Shown: one piece after another, positions 24,050 through 36,829 of the stretch
Layout: the number at the start of each line of letters is the position of its first letter
How positions within the stretch are numbered: position 1 is the first letter of the stretch
Source of the DNA: Camelus dromedarius
Taxonomy: Eukaryota
Reading direction: 5' to 3'
Assembly (NCBI RefSeq): GCF_036321535.1
Contig: NC_087437.1
Location: forward strand, 53,136,001 to 53,200,000
DNA: 64,000 bases
The notes under the pieces: generated by a model
Told to the model about the DNA's origin: nothing
What the model saw: the letters and a program-made list of their open reading frames with translations, nothing else
The model's database searches: none
Translations under genes and position numbers: made by a program

Positions 24050-25140
24050 TGGCCACCGAGTTACACACAGATAACATGTGGGAAAAGGGTTGTAATAGAG
24101 GTTCAAGCCATGCGGAAGGCAGGGAGGGCTGCAAGTGGAAAGAAGCACCAAAAAGAAGAGTTATGTGAATTGAGATATCCGGAGGAGGTAAAGTTTGGGA
24201 TGGGATCTGACACACAGATCAGCAAGAAGAAGGCGATCAAGGCTGAGGGAAAGCAAAAGCACAGAAAGAGGACAACTCATGGTGAGTTCTGGGCCTTCAG
24301 TAGAAGAAAGGAAGTTGGGACCCTATTGCAGAGGGTCCCCAAGTGCCCTGCCAGCAACGCAGACTTCAGGCTATGCATATTGAGATGCTCTGGAAGATTT
24401 GCCCTTTTCGTTGTTCTTGTCTGGTTTGACACAAGACGGGCCTGTGCTGCCAGCTTTCCCAAGTAAGGGCTTCCTGTCAGAATGGGAGGGTCAGGTGGCA
24501 GAGACATCATATTGCTGCCCCTTTGAAGAACCAGAGCCCAGAGGTGCAGGTGGCTCACTGCACAGGGCGCCCAGCAAGGGGCTGAAGTCCGGGCTCTACT
24601 GATCCAGCCTTGCAGCCTGGCTGAGCCGCATCGCCTGCCTTGACTCTAATTTGTACAGAGGCTTAGCGTGGGCTGCTGGAGGCTCTGGCTGCTGAACTCT
24701 GTCTTTAAGGCTGAAGCCTCAGTGAAACGAATTAGGATTTATTGAGCATTTGTTGTATGTGCAAATGCAGGGTAGAGTGGAGTCTTGAAGTCAGGAGTAG
24801 CTGTGAGTCTGAGCACGTCTCTGCTCTTGGGTGACACTCAGAGATGTGCTCTAGGGTACAGAGGAGGAAGCTTCCTCCCCTTGGAGCATTTGCAGTCCAC
24901 ACTGGCTATAAAACAAACACTCAAAACGATTAAGAAGCAATAAAAGACAGTATAAAATTAAGTGCCAAATTGTATAGAGCAGATTCTCAGGGCAAGAGAA
25001 GGGAGAACTCCTCCAGGTTTAAAGCATCAAGAAAGGTTTCAGGGAGTGGGAGGCCTGGCTTTCCCAGTAAAGTGAGTGTTGGCTGTGGGTTGGAGAGGAG
25101 AGCTGTGAGCAAAGGGTCAGAGGCAGGTCAGAGGCAGGGC
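24050..25140 (-). mobile_element. L2 fragments (at least two pieces)
   Basis: 'atttattgagcattt', 'ccatgcggaaggcagggaggg', 'tgtgagcaaagggtcagaggcagg'. Confidence 0.6.
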
Positions 25141-25499
25141 AGCAGGAGGCTTCTGAGCGTAGGTTTTAGCCCCCGTGGCCCCTCTAATGCAGTTCCCAGT
25201 CGTGGCCAAGCACTCCAATGAGTCACCCTTGTTTCTGAGAGACTGGGCATTTTTGGATGTTTAACTGGCTCAACACTTTACATTCCCTGAGACTTCAATG
25301 TTGGCAGCTCACACTTGCCATGTTGCTCTGGGAACACATCATCCGAGCCGGCAGCTGATGCCTGCTCTCTATTGCCAAGGCAAAGCTGGGCTGAGTCAGG
25401 TACCGGTGTCTGGAAATTTTTAAGTCAGACTGTCTCTGACAAGTTGGGTGAACAGCACGTGACACTGCACACGGTGGAGGTCATGGAGGTGGGGGGTCA

Positions 25500-26280
25500 G
25501 TGACTAGGGACCAGAAGACCTGGGTTCAAGTTCCTGCTTGGGGGTGCTCAGTTTGCTTAATTTTTCTGGGCCTCACTTTTCTTACCTACAAAACCAAAAA
25601 ATTACACTTACCTCCAAGCTGAATTCCACCTAATATTTCACGATTGTGTAATTAATAGGATCTTTCCATTGTATCAAACAAGTACAGGATGGAACGGATA
25701 TTAGCCAAATCCTGACTTTAGCTTTCCTCTTTGCTTTGATTGTGAAGATTGTGCTTGAGAGATATTGTGACACTGTAGGTGGTGGGACAGAAGAACCATG
25801 AGGCTCGGCTCCTGGTCACAGTTTTGCCACAAACAGGATTTGTGGATCCAGCCTTAGGAATGTAGGTCCAACTATGGGTCTCAGTTTTCTTATTGGTAAA
25901 ATAAGGAGGTTGGAAATGGTCTCTACAGCTCTTACTGGCTGTGCTACTCTGTTAAGTACTCTGTTAAACTGAACAACTTTTAAATATTGCTCCATCACCA
26001 AGGTGGAATGCCTCCACAGGCTAGCTTGAAAAATAACCGCAGTAACAGCTGATAAGCTTGGGAGAAAAGCACAAAAACAAAGCCGTGAGGTTAAGAGTAA
26101 TAAATAGACCATTTAGATGGAGTTGGAAGGCCTGAGTCTGTGTCCCTAAACCTCAGTTTCCTCTTCTGTGAAGTGGAACCAGCAATACCTTCACCACTGG
26201 ATAGGGTTATGATTAAATGAAGAAGCGTATGTGAAAGGCTTTGTATATTTAGAATTGGTATGTGAAAAATAGTTATTAAA
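25500..26280 (+). mobile_element. Cluster of three MIR fragments (~25500-25600, ~25780-25930, ~26120-26280)
   Basis: 'gacctgggttcaagttcctg', 'gggtctcagttttcttattggtaaaataagg', 'cctcagtttcctcttctgtgaagtgg'. Confidence 0.7.
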
Positions 26281-27129
26281 GATAATCTGTTCCCCTAAGA
26301 TAGTCTGTTAAAAAAAAAAAAAAAGCCCAGTTATATTACTGACTCACTTGTCTGCTTCCTAGGAAGCAATGATTCAGGTCAGCAACTGTCTTCTCTCTCC
26401 TAAGGATAGTAAGTAACATTTTAACAAGAAAACTTAAAAGAGGAGCTGGTGAACTTTAGGACTTTTGACTAATAGGCTGCAAATCTCCCCTCAGCCTAGA
26501 ATTCTGCAATGTCACAGTGGATTTCTCAGGAACTTTGATTGGGTTTACTTGAAAATGAAGGAGACTCCCACCCATCCAAGATCCCGCTTTGGTTGTTATC
26601 TGTAGGGAGAGGGCCGGTGGGAGGAAGGGAAGAGAAGTGTGAGTAACTAGTTGGACAAAGAGAAAGAGAAAAGCCTTTTGCCTTCCTGTTGTATTTTGGG
26701 CAATGGATGCTAAACTTGATGCTTTAATAGGCTTGTAAAGAGGCTAATTTTGGTTCACTCACAACACTCTGGATCTGTTTTCTGCTCTGCTTGGTCAGGA
26801 GACACTGCTGTGGAATTCTTCACTGCTTCCCTAAAGGGGAAGCTTTTCTCGGGACCCCTGGGAAGAACCACAGGGAGGAGAAGGTTCTAATTCCATAAAT
26901 GACCATGTGTTTCAAAGCCTGCCCAACTCCTAAAACTTTTGAGAGAATCAGTCCATTTTTAGAAATACTGGTCACTTCTTTATCCCTTGTTAACCAATTT
27001 GAGGGGACAAAATGTCACAATATGTTGGAAATTAAGGGAGCCCTTAAGTGCCAGCTTTCTGGCATCCATTCTCCCAATCTGTTGCTGCTGGAATTACTTT
27101 CTGAGAATAGACACCCCAGAGCCCTCCCT

Positions 27130-27770
27130 CTACTTAAAAGCCTTCACGGCCTCAGATTTGTCATTCATAAAATGGACCTGATAATAATTATGCATAGGTT
27201 TTTACGGGGTTTGGAAGAAATATTTATTTAAAAAATTAGCACAATGTCAGTCACATAGTAAGTCCTCAATAAATGGGATCATTGTTATTACTGCTTTAGA
27301 ATAAACTTGATGTTCCCTCAAATGGCATGCAAAGTCCTCCGAGAAGTGATCCTGGCTTACTCATCCACCTACACTTCCGGCAAGCCCTTCGGGGACTCAG
27401 TACACACATTGACCGGCTTCATCATCCCAGGACCCCTGGCACTCACCCCCTCTGTATCCTACTCAGGCTACCCCCACGGCAGGGAGTGCTGTCCTTTTTC
27501 TCTCTCTTGCTCTTTCTGTAGTGCTGCCTCTTAAACCCACCCCTCTGAAGTTAATTATCTTGTCTCCTGTACTCCCATTGAGATTTATTCATCACTTATC
27601 CTAGAACTTACAACAGGCTGCCTCCTATTTTGGTTACTTGCATGTGCTTCACAGCCACTGCCCTGCCTCATCCCTGGGGCAGCAATTAGACTACATCTTA
27701 ATCATCTTCTATCACTCAGAGTATTGTGCATAGTAGGGGATCAATAATATTAGATTGAATTTAAAGATGA
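27130..27770 (+). mobile_element. MIR (~27130-27290) followed by L2 3' fragment
   Basis: 'cctcagatttgtcattcataaaatgg...tagtaagtcctcaataaatg'; L2 end 'catagtaggggatcaataatattagattgaat'. Confidence 0.7.
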
Positions 27771-28269
27771 CAAACTGAAAGATTTCCTTGTTGGCCCTGA
27801 GATTCTGCCACTGAGAGGAGGTTTATCCTCACGCTCAAACCTTCTAAAGAGCTACAGTCCTTGAGCACCTATCATGTGCCGGGCACTGTGCTGACATCTG
27901 TTCACCCTCCCAAGAGTCAGGTAAGGAGAGCACCGCCATCCTCACTGCATACGGGAGATGCTGGTTGCTCAGGGTCTTCCAGGCAGTAAACGGTGGAGCC
28001 AGTGTGAGAAACCAGAAGCCTCGGTGTGCACAGTCCACTTCCTCTAAGGCAGCTTCTCCTGCACCGAGCTTGCCTGAATTTTCAATCTACAGCACTTGTG
28101 AACAAATCGAACTGGCTTATTGCTGCCTTGCTGTATTTTTTGATGTCTTTGCCTTCATTCTCCAAGTAGTTGTTGAGCAATACAGTAACAGAAGTAAATG
28201 ACCATTTATTAAACACATACGTATCTAGGACTTTATACATACCTCCATGAGCATGCTTATGTGCGTGCA

Positions 28270-28272
<3 letters not shown>

Positions 28273-28315
<43 letters not shown>
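28273..28315 (+). repeat. (AC)n microsatellite
   Basis: Perfect AC run of ~21 units. Confidence 0.97.
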
Positions 28316-28316
<1 letters not shown>

Positions 28317-28496
28317 TAATTCTACAAAGGAGATGTTATTAATCCCATTCTACAGAGAGTTTAATTGGGGCCCACTACTGGTAGGAGTCAGTGGGGGGCG
28401 GTTTGATACTTAGGGTGGAGGTTATTTTCCAACAGATATAAAGTTTTTGTTATTTTAATCACCCGCACACCTGCTGAATCGCAACCCTCAATTTTT

Positions 28497-28557
28497 TTTT
28501 TACAGTCTCTTTTTTATTGAAGTATAGTTAGTTTACAATGTTGTGTCAATTTCTGGT
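28497..28557 (-). mobile_element. Very short L1 3'-end insertion with TSD
   Basis: 'tttttattgaagtatagttagtttacaatgttgtgtcaatttctggt'; TSD gcaaccctcaattttt 28481-28496 / gcagccctcaattttt 28558-28573. Confidence 0.85.
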
Positions 28558-28794
28558 GCAGCCCTCAATTTTTATCAAATGAGTGATTGTTTCTTTCATC
28601 TCTCTGAGGTGTGCTCTTAACCCTAAATCCATACATATTTTGTGAAGTGACAAGTAGTCACTGGCCACCTTCTCCCACCACTGAAAGGAAGCAGGAGAAA
28701 GAAGGGTCTCAACACTATCCCAAAGAGACAGTCTCAGGAGACGAGACTTCAGCTCAGCTGCGTGATGTGGCTTCCCCTCCAGCTGGCAGTTCTC

Positions 28795-28972
28795 CAGGAG
28801 TGGTCCTCAAATCACCTGGGTCAGACTCTTCTGCGTGCTTGTTAAAATGCACATTCCTGGGCTCTACCTCAGACCCACCAAATCTGCCTCCCTGGGGGCA
28901 GAGGCCAAAAATCTGCATTTTAAACAAGTCCTGCAGGTAACTCACCCAGGCCCTGAAGTCTGAGCACCGCAG
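28795..28972. mobile_element. MER5A MITE
   Basis: 'agtggtcctcaaa...gcttgttaaaatgcacattcctgggctc...atctgcattttaaacaag...gaagtctgagcaccgc'. Confidence 0.85.
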
Positions 28973-29039
28973 CCTGTGCTAAGCTCCCATCAGGGCTCCC
29001 TTCTAATTGCAGCCGTTCCAAATGAAACTGGCTTTTTCT

Positions 29040-29367
29040 CAAGTTATCAGCATTCATAATAAATAAAAAGAAACCATTTAAAATTTCACTTTATTGTTTT
29101 TGAGTATTGCCCCTTGTCCAAAGGCTATTGTGTAGTTTGACACATTCCATAGGTCTATTTTATGATGCTTAAAAGAAAAGTTTCCCTTCACAGTATGGCT
29201 TTATTGCTTTCTATTATTTTGCTTCGCAAATATCTCCAGTTAGAGCTCCATTGTTGGTTACTTTTCTTAACGTGGCTCTATGAAAAAGTGTCTTCTGAAT
29301 TTCAAACAACAATTTCATAAATAGGCTTTTAGAACACAACATGTTCCTAAGTAGGGAACTGTCTGTA
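29040..29367. mobile_element. Tigger-like DNA transposon remnant
   Basis: Terminus 'gaacacaacatgttcctaagtagggaactgtctgta' resembles old Tigger TIR ends. Confidence 0.4.
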
Positions 29368-29599
29368 TTTTAAAGGTTTTGTAGTTATTTGTCTCTGAGG
29401 AAAAGATTTTTACAAATTAGCCCTAGAAGGATGTGGATTGGAGGACTCTGAGTATTCCCAAATCACCTTCTCACAGAACTCCGGCTAGCTTCGTAGCTTA
29501 CTTGATCTGCAGATTGTTTCCAGGTGTCCCTGGGAATTTTGCCAATTTGGGACATATAAATTAAAGGTGGAGGAAGCGGACTTTTTTTTTTTTCTTATT

Positions 29600-30570
29600 T
29601 GTGAGTATGTTCATTTAACAAATGCTTCTCAGGCACCTCCAATGTACCAGATGCTGTGTTAGGCACTGGGGATTCAGACAGGAGTCTTGCTCTGTCCTTG
29701 AGAGACTCAGAGTCTAGCAAAAATGACAGACCACCCAGGGAAGGAGTTGGTGGTGTGAAGAGGGCTGTGGGGTTAAGGTCTAAAGGGGAGAGAGCCAAGC
29801 AGTTGGTGGAGGAAGGATGTGAGAAATCCCAAGCGCCCACCAGGAGTTCTTTTTCTTCATTTTTATACTGGGAGAAGACATTCATTCCATTGCTTTGAGT
29901 GACCCCACCTCTGCTGGCCTAGTCATGCACACCAGCAGATATTCCCTCAATATTTGTAACAACAGCAAAAACTCCTTTCCCTGTGCTGGGGTGTGGGGTC
30001 AGGGCTGAAAGCAAGGGGAACTGACTAGGGCCATTTTTCAAATGGGTGAAGGGCAGGAGATGCTAACTGAGAGGTGAAAGACAGGGTGGACCCTGCATTC
30101 TATGGCTTTGTAGGGCCTAGGAGCTCTGTTTATTTTTTCAAAGAGACCCTAAAACTGCTTCTCTGCCACTTTTCTTGTTGGTCCCGGTTTTACCTGCTGG
30201 CATCCATAAGAATAAATGCATCCTTTTTTTATAGGACATCTCTGCAGATGCTTGATGGCAGCTTCTGCGTTCCTCCTCTCCTCCTTGAACATTTCAGTCC
30301 AGTGTCCATCCAGTACATATTTATTTACCAAACACTCTTTATGAGCCTACTTTTTCCAGGCACTCTGCTAGATGCTGGGGATATGGAAATGAAGAATGGG
30401 CCCTGGTTCTAAATGGGAGGACTGGTGTGTGGACAAATGATGACACCATGGCCTCACAAGTGATCTGGGAGAGACAGACACAGGGCATCCAGCAGGGGTC
30501 GGTGGGTGGAGAGGCACGGGAAGGAGACTCCTCACAGGGAGGTGATGATGCCTTATCTGTGTCTTCAAGG
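29600..30570 (-). mobile_element. L2 fragments
   Basis: 'ttcatttaacaaatgcttctcaggcacctccaatgtaccagatgctgtgttaggcactgggg' and 'ccaggcactctgctagatgctgggga'. Confidence 0.75.
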
Positions 30571-30654
30571 CTAGTCAGGGCCTTAACATCTGTCCTTCTG
30601 TGACATGCGGGACCTATTGACCACTGCAGGCAGTGGTGGTCCCAAGACCCTACC

Positions 30655-30841
30655 CAGTGGTGTGCTGTAGATGATGGTGTGTGTCTCTTCCCAATTCTGT
30701 GCTCAGTGACATCAGGTTGGTAGTTTGAAATCAGTCATGGTGGGAGTAGTTATACCACTGCCATCTGCAAACACTGTAAATCAGGCACCCTGGCCCCACT
30801 CCACCAGAGCTGGTTGTCAGATATTTACTCGCACATCATTG
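30655..30841. mobile_element. MER63-like hAT MITE
   Basis: TIRs cagtggtgtgc / gcacatcattg; imperfect 8-bp TSD accctacc / gtcctacc; internal 'ctcttcccaattctgtgctcagtgacatcaggttggtagtttgaaatc'. Confidence 0.8.
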
Positions 30842-33029
30842 GTCCTACCATACTACCCCATACCTCATGCATGGTAGAAATTAACACAGGATGAGGAAGA
30901 GACTCAGTTCAGCTCATCTTCCGATTCTACCATGTGAATGTCCTGCCTACCTTCCTACCCTTACTCTCCAGGCTCCTGGGTAAACACTCCCTGAGGACCC
31001 TCACAGTGACCACTGCCCTTCACTGGGTCCCTTAACAGAAGCCCTGCCAAGACTCCAGGAGTGATGGGGTGTGCCACTATGTTGAGAACCAGTAAGCTGG
31101 TTTCTGACAGTGGATCTCCTAAGGGTGGTGAGTCTCAGAAGGCAGAGACTGCTGCCCACATATCTCTTCTCAAATGTTTCCCCCAGAAATATCATTGTCA
31201 TTGGAGGATAAACTTGTGTCTTCTTCCTCTGGTCTTGAGACAAATCTCAACATACATACTGCGAGCTTTGCATTTCTTTACTGCCTTCTTCTTGATCATT
31301 AAAATTGATAGAAATTTGGACTTCAGCTCCATGATCTTTTCATGATTGTTTAATATAGAAATAAACAGCAGAAACATGCTGCTTATCCTTTTGCTTCTGG
31401 GTGGTGAATGGAGATGGAGAAAAGTTGCCAAATTGAACTCAAAACCTGAGCTGCTGTGTAAGCATGAAACCTTGTTGGGATACTTTGTTCTAGGTGACTG
31501 TCTGCTTTCTGTATTAAACACAAAACATAAATATATTTGGATAATTTCTTCCTCAGCCTGGGAATTGGTGTTACCTCATCTCTGCAGCATCAAAAAAAGG
31601 GGAAGAATAGGAACTTGGCCAGTTTACCATCAATCCACAAAGTCAGAGTCAGCTTATTTTGTTGGATTCTGGATGCTGGCTTTTCTGTTCTCGTCTGCTG
31701 ACAGTTACATTTGATAGTCATTTAAGAGATTGATTTATATCATTTAGGCCTGTGAAGTTTTATATTTAATTTGTTTTTCTCCAGAATCCCAAAGGAGAAG
31801 GGGGAGAAGGAAAACACGTGTTCTGTGCCCGCACTCTCTCCTGGTGGGTGGTGTCATTTCATTCTTACAGCAGCCCTTCCCGGGGAGTTAGGTGAGGTGC
31901 CCAAGGGCACAGAGCTGGGGTGGCTGTGGGCAGGAGGCAGGCACAGATCTGTCAGACACCGAGGCCCAGGTTCTTTCCACATCATTGCTTCCCTCATAAT
32001 CACCAGATACTTTCAAATTCCAAGGAAGTCAAGGCCAAACCCCATTTTTTCACAAACCATGACAGACCTCTGGAGTTCCTTGGGTGAAGATGTGTTCAGG
32101 GGACATCCTGCAGTCAGTGTCCTCCTGGGCTGTGGCCAGAGAGGGTCCCTCAGGTATGGGTCCCCACAGGGATGCAGGGTTGCTCCTGTGGTTGTAAAGC
32201 AGAGAGAACCAGCCCAATGATAGCTGGCAGGAAGGCAGTAACAGCTACTGAAACCAACCCTTTCCCTCCCCTGCCCTGGTCACCTTCCTCAGCCAATTCT
32301 CACCCCCACCTGGCAAGGCAGGTATTGTTCTGCATTTCACAGGTGGAGAATCTGAGCCTCAGAGAGCTTCCAGGATTTGGCCAATGTCACACAGCCAGGC
32401 TCACACCTGGGGTTTGAACCCAAAACCCAAAACAGGGGAACTCTAATGCCTATGTTCTTTCCATCACACAGCTGCCTTCTGAATGCACCTTTGAGGTCCG
32501 TTTTCTTTTTCTCTCCCATTGTAGACCACTTTGGGGATGCCTTTGTCTATAAGTTGCTTATCATCTTTTGTTCTTTTTTATTGTCTCTGATTATCATTTT
32601 TCCTTATGCTTATCCTTAACCTTCTCCCTGCCTTCATTGTGACTTCCCCTCTTCATAGCAACAATCATCTGGGGGTCTTTGATCTTTTTCTGCAGAAGCA
32701 CAAGCCTGTTGCTCTTCCCTCTTGTTGAAGCTGCTACCTTCCCCCTCCCCACCTGGAGCCAGCAGAGAAAATGTATAGCCACAAGGCACATACCTGGAGG
32801 ATGAGGACACAATCCAAAATGGTAGGTTTTGCTGTTCTGCACAGCAAATGAGATTTCTTGGTAGAAAACTTAGAAGCATTTCTAGACCCAGTCATGGCTG
32901 CTACAGCCTCCAAAAGGACCTCCCAGGAAAACTTTCTGACTAGAGAGATAAACAGATTGGTCTTTTACTGTTCATCTTCCTAAAAATAGGACCTGGGGCG
33001 GTGAACTCTTTAGACAGGATCTAATTGTG

Positions 33030-33660
33030 TACCCCCAACATATTGGATTCTATGGCATTAAATGGAACATTTAAACTGTTAACTCCAATTCAGCATGTCC
33101 CAGACTCAACGTGTCTCCTCATGTCCTCAAAATTTGCTTCTCCACTTGTGCTCCTTTCCATAGAGATTGGCTCCCACTCTCCGCAAAGCCACCCAAACCA
33201 GAAGCCTAGGAATCAGTTGGACTTTCCCTCTCCAGTGCCCCCCTTCCATCTTCAGTCCCTCGGTAATGACAGTTTGTTTTGCTTCCTTACTGATTTCCAA
33301 ATCTGCTGGAAGAGAACATATTCCTCATTCCTCAACTCCCTGCCTTCATTTAGACTCCCATCATCTCTTTGGGGTGACTGTCCTGGCCCCCTCCCTGCCG
33401 CCAGTCTAGTGTCCGTACCTCTGCCCTGCAGCCAGAGTGAGCTTCCCAAAATGCAGATCTGATCAGATCACTCTCCTGTGGTTGTATCTTTTTACAATTT
33501 CCCCAGTACTTTCAACACAAAATCGTAAATGCCTCTGCCCAACCTCTAAGACCTTTTGTGACTTGGTCCCTGCTTACCGTGGTCTGACTCGTTTCTCACC
33601 TCTGCCCACTCCTGTCTACACTCCAGACATTCTGAACCACTGCATTTGGAACTTTAAGTA
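33030..33660 (+). mobile_element. L2 LINE fragment
   Basis: 'tccaattcagcatgtcccagactcaac...gcagccagagtgagcttcccaaaatgcagatctgatcag'. Confidence 0.85.
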
Positions 33661-33710
33661 GTTACTGGTCCTTGTGACTTCCTTAAAAATACATTTTACA
33701 CCCCTCTTTC

Positions 33711-33928
33711 TTCTTTTTTTTTTTTTGAATATACATATATTCATTTTCATATTCTTTTTCACCATTAGATACTACAAGATATTGAATATATTTCCCTGTG
33801 CTATACAGTATAAACTTGTTTATCTATTTTATATATACCAGTCAGTATCTGCAAATCTCGAACTCCCAGTTTATCCCCCTGCCCCCCCACTGGCAACCAC
33901 AAGTCTGTATTCTATGTCTGTGAGTCTG
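33711..33928 (-). mobile_element. Young (camelid-type) L1 3' fragment with poly-A and TSD
   Basis: 'catattctttttcaccattagatactacaagatattgaatatatttccctgtgctatacagtataaacttg'; TSD tacacccctctttc 33697-33710 / tacaccctctttc 33929-33941. Confidence 0.9.
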
Positions 33929-35054
33929 TACACCCTCTTTCAAGTGAAGAATCTGAGCCTTGGATAACACAGCTATTAAGTAGCAACATCTGATTTTAAA
34001 GATGAGTCTCACTGTCACTGAAGACCAAGCTCTTTCCAACAGACTTGGGGAGCCTCACTCCCCATACTTTGTGGACTTTGCCAGGCTGACTGTGAGGGCA
34101 AGAGGGGAGGCTGAACCACTTTTACTGAGAAAGTCCTGACATCATCCAACTGCAGCCCTGTCCTTTCTTTCTGACCCCCATGATTTTGCAGATGTGAGGG
34201 GTGACTGAGCCCCAAGATTAATAATCACTGCAAAATGCACTGTGGCCAAGGAGAAGGCACGCTTATTCATCATGTGAACTGTGCTCAGATCCCATTGCTT
34301 GAGTTTAATCAGACTAATGAACCAGCTGGCTTCCTTTCTAAAGTGATTTCTGCTGTTTCCATTACTGAATAACAGCGCAGCAGGATTTGAAAGGGAGATA
34401 GAAGAAAATTCAGCTGTGGAGAAAGGACTTCCTCCAAGTTAGCCAGCTGACGGGTTGGCTGCACTGGGGGAAGTGGCGCTGGGTGGCTGGCATATGGAGG
34501 AGGAACAGGGTGGGCGGGAATTTGGTGGTGTCCAGTCTAGGCCTGCCATCTCCAGGCAGATGTTCCGAAAGAAGGGGAGAAGTTTTTAAAGTGTAGAAGA
34601 TGACAGGTCCAGGTAACTTAGAGGCCAGTGCCTTCAGAGGAGAACCGCTAGGGTCATGAAGGAGCTTGAACCCAATAATGCATTCATTCACCTACCATTT
34701 ACTGATGCCACTGTATGCATGGCCAATTCTAAACACTGATGATACAACAGTGAACCCAAATGGGCTCTGATTCAAAAACTCAGGGCAGTTGTTTTCAAAC
34801 ATTTTAAAACTACAGATTCCTTTGTTCAAAGGAAGACTTACAGATAAGCCCAACAGTTAAAAAAAAAAAAAAAAGGCAAAGCCCTTTTCCTCTGATGAGG
34901 CTCCTCTGAACCCCAGGGCTGCACAGACTGCAGTGGATTGTGCTGCGCTGCCGAGCAGAAATGACCCTGGCACAGGGGACCCGGGAGCTGTCTTCCAACA
35001 TTTGATGGGGGGCATGGGGAAGAGGGCTCTGGCCGATCCATGGTAGTCCTATGT

Positions 35055-35390
35055 TAGTCAAGACTCTATTACTAAATAGCAGAAAAACCAGCCCAAACTT
35101 CTAAATCACCAAACTGCAGAGAGAGTGAGGAAGTGGATGGCCTTCATGAACAACCAGAACCAGAGACTGGATGCTACCAAGTCTCAGTCTCTCTCCCCTC
35201 CCCCTCCCCCTTCCTTTCTCTCTTTACCCCCACCCACGTACTTCCAAGAAAGTCCTCACTCACAGGCCTTGCTGCAGTGAGTGGCCGTAAACTGTGCATG
35301 GGGCAGCCTATGCTGACACCCCTGATTGACCCATCCTGGTCACCTGACATAAGGTGGCCAACCAATCTGGAGGCTGGCTGGGGGCTATAA
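35055..35390 (-). mobile_element. Old MaLR (MLT1-type) LTR fragment
   Basis: 'gtcaagactct...cagaaaaaccagcccaaact' and 'ctgattgacccatcctggtcac' resemble reverse MLT1K/L. Confidence 0.5.
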
Positions 35391-35540
35391 CTTAGGTTTG
35401 CTTTAAAAAGATGCTCTGGGACAAACGAATTCTCTGTCTCTGAAAACATGAGCCAAGAGACACAGAGAAGTTGCCAGTTAGCTCTGGGACAGAGAGAGAA
35501 AAGCTTAATGTAGATTTGGGGTCTGAGAAGGCCATTATGG

Positions 35541-35646
35541 ATTAGATCGACCACATGTTTTAGTTTGCCCTGGGGAATTCCAGTTTAATCTCAGGTTTCT
35601 TATGACTAGGGGCTCCTTCCAGTCTCATAAGTATTTAGTCACCCTA
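35541..35646. mobile_element. MER94/MER81-like hAT-Blackjack MITE
   Basis: Termini 'tagatcgaccac...tagtcacccta'. Confidence 0.5.
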
Positions 35647-35689
35647 ATTATGGACCATAATGGGGTGTGGAGTGGGAGAAGGGAAGGGA

Positions 35690-36270
35690 GGAGAGAGAAG
35701 ATGGTGTCAGGCCTTGTTGAGACTTGTGGGTCACACATAAGAGTTTTGATTTTATGCTGAAGACAATGGAGATTTTAAGCATGGAAGTACAAGGTCAAAT
35801 TTTGCTCTTACATAGATCACTCTGATCAAGTGTGGACAGCTGATGAGAGACAGGCTGAAGCGTTGAAGGCAATCAGCTGGGAGGCTGACTGAATAATCCA
35901 GGCAAGAGACAGGGTGGCCTGAATTAAATCAAGTGACTGTATAGATGAAAAAAGCAGATGTGTTCAAGGGCTATCCAGGGGGAAGATGTGAAAGGATTTT
36001 GGAGAATGATTAAACTTAGGGGATGAGAGAAAGGTGTTAAGGATAAACAATGACGCATTTGGCTAGAAAGGGGCTGCTGGCGGCAGGAATGGTGAGTGCA
36101 GCTTTGAATGTGTTGGTTTTAAAGGCCATCATAGTAGTAGCTGAGTGAATAGGGCATAATTAGGGGGAGTGGCCTCGGTGGAGATGCTGAATGGGGAGTG
36201 GTTGCAGGAGTGGAGGCCGTGGCTTCAGTCATGGGGGAAAGTCACACAAAGATGGGTAGGGTGAGGAGAA
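35690..36270 (-). mobile_element. L2 LINE fragment
   Basis: 'gagttttgattttatgctgaagacaatggag...gggaggctgactgaataatccaggcaagagac'. Confidence 0.8.
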
Positions 36271-36829
36271 GGACGTGTGTGGAAGAGGGGACAGGTGATA
36301 ACACCCAGAGCTGTCTGTGCTTCTATGTCTCACGCTCTGCCTTGCTTTCAGCTTATCTTTCTTCTTGTCATTCCCACCATGGACTGGACTCTGTTAGAGT
36401 CCTGGCATCTTTTAAACATTGAATCATCTGGTGCCTTTGTGTGCCTTAGTCTATATTTGGTACTAAATGATGGAAAAAATTTAAAGGTCCATGAGATTGA
36501 TTACCAGGAGATCATTGATGACCTTAGGAGAATGTTTTCCCAGGGTGTGTTGGGGCAGATACCAGACTGCTATGGTACATGAAATGGGGATGAAAGAAAA
36601 GCAAACCAGTAACTCAAGCTATAATCTGGGCTGCCTCACTTTCCACTAGCACATCTTCTCCCTCATCACTTTGAAGCAGTATAATTTTTAATTATTTTCA
36701 AAAGAAGGTCTTGAGATACTTAGCCATTTGGGAGGGGCAAGTGCAAATGGGGAGTCAGAATGCCTGGCGTTTTTCCCCCTTAAGTCAAATGCCCCTAGAA
36801 AAACAACAGTACCACAATGTGATAGGAAG

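Noticed and set aside
25945..25967. Small tandem duplication tactctgttaa (similar ones near 760, 840 and 15065)
   Set aside because: Ordinary slippage duplications with no sign of function
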